Shown here: positions 63,501-64,000 of the stretch, one piece after another
Position numbering within the stretch: position 1 is the first letter of the stretch
Layout: every line of letters starts with the position of its first letter
The notes under the pieces: generated by a model
Databases searched by the model: none
What the model saw: the letters and a program-made list of their open reading frames with translations, nothing else
Told to the model about the DNA's origin: nothing
Position numbers and translations under genes: made by a program
Origin: Octopus bimaculoides
Lineage: Eukaryota
Direction: 5' to 3'
Assembly (NCBI RefSeq): GCF_001194135.2
Contig: NC_068986.1
Location: 97,714,609 to 97,778,608 of the forward strand
DNA length: 64,000 bases

Positions 63501-64000
63501 TTTCGCGCATTCAATGGGTAAGCACATACGAAATGACTGTTGCTACCCAAAGACAAAAGTCGTGTTACACAGTATATTAAATAATTTCAAGATATTATCA
63601 TACATTTTTTTTTTCACCCACCTATTTTGCTATTTACATGTAACATGTAAGACTGAATTGGCTACAAGGTGCAGAAATGACTGAAAGTAAGTAAAAACGG
63701 ATCTTAATTTAGGTAGATGCAACTGTTTTCGTTCTTTCTTTATAAATTGCATAGTTTTCTATGAGAAATCTAGAGTTATGTTTCTTGGTTGTAAAAAGAC
63801 TTACTTTTTAAAATGAGACAGAAATAGCAGAGACTAAAGTATATTTGAATGTAACATCTTAGTCGGCTATATTGGAAAATCCTACTTAATTGAGAATTTC
63901 TTTTCTTTATGTTTTTATGTAACGTATTTTTCGTACGGTTTCAGCAGCATTAAAAGACACAGATGTGTATGTGTTGGTAATCTTGATATAAATTCATATA

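Overview
AT-rich, microsatellite-dense animal DNA with 16 N-gaps, most flanked by simple repeats. The SINE, LINE and microsatellite content points to an octopus genome (inference from recalled repeat families; no search run). I find one host gene: a plus-strand class A GPCR of the myosuppressin/FMRFamide-type peptide receptor group (39373-40620), with TM3-TM7 mostly hidden in a 729-N gap. The rest is a transposon graveyard: tRNA-derived SINEs, R4/Dong, RTE, CR1-like and Tx1/L1-like LINEs, a Penelope-like element (PLE), a Buster-type hAT, mariner and Tc1 relics, and two MITE-like inverted repeats. The most interesting signal is a set of minimal type I hammerhead ribozyme folds in three unrelated short non-coding elements. 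One is a tRNA-headed, TSD-flanked inverted-repeat element with a hammerhead on each strand (10386-12091). One has a compensatory G3:C8 core swap (22193-22243). One has a U4C core (19895-19935). Ribozyme activity is inferred from sequence only. Nearly all long ORFs in the supplied track are artefacts of N-runs and microsatellites.
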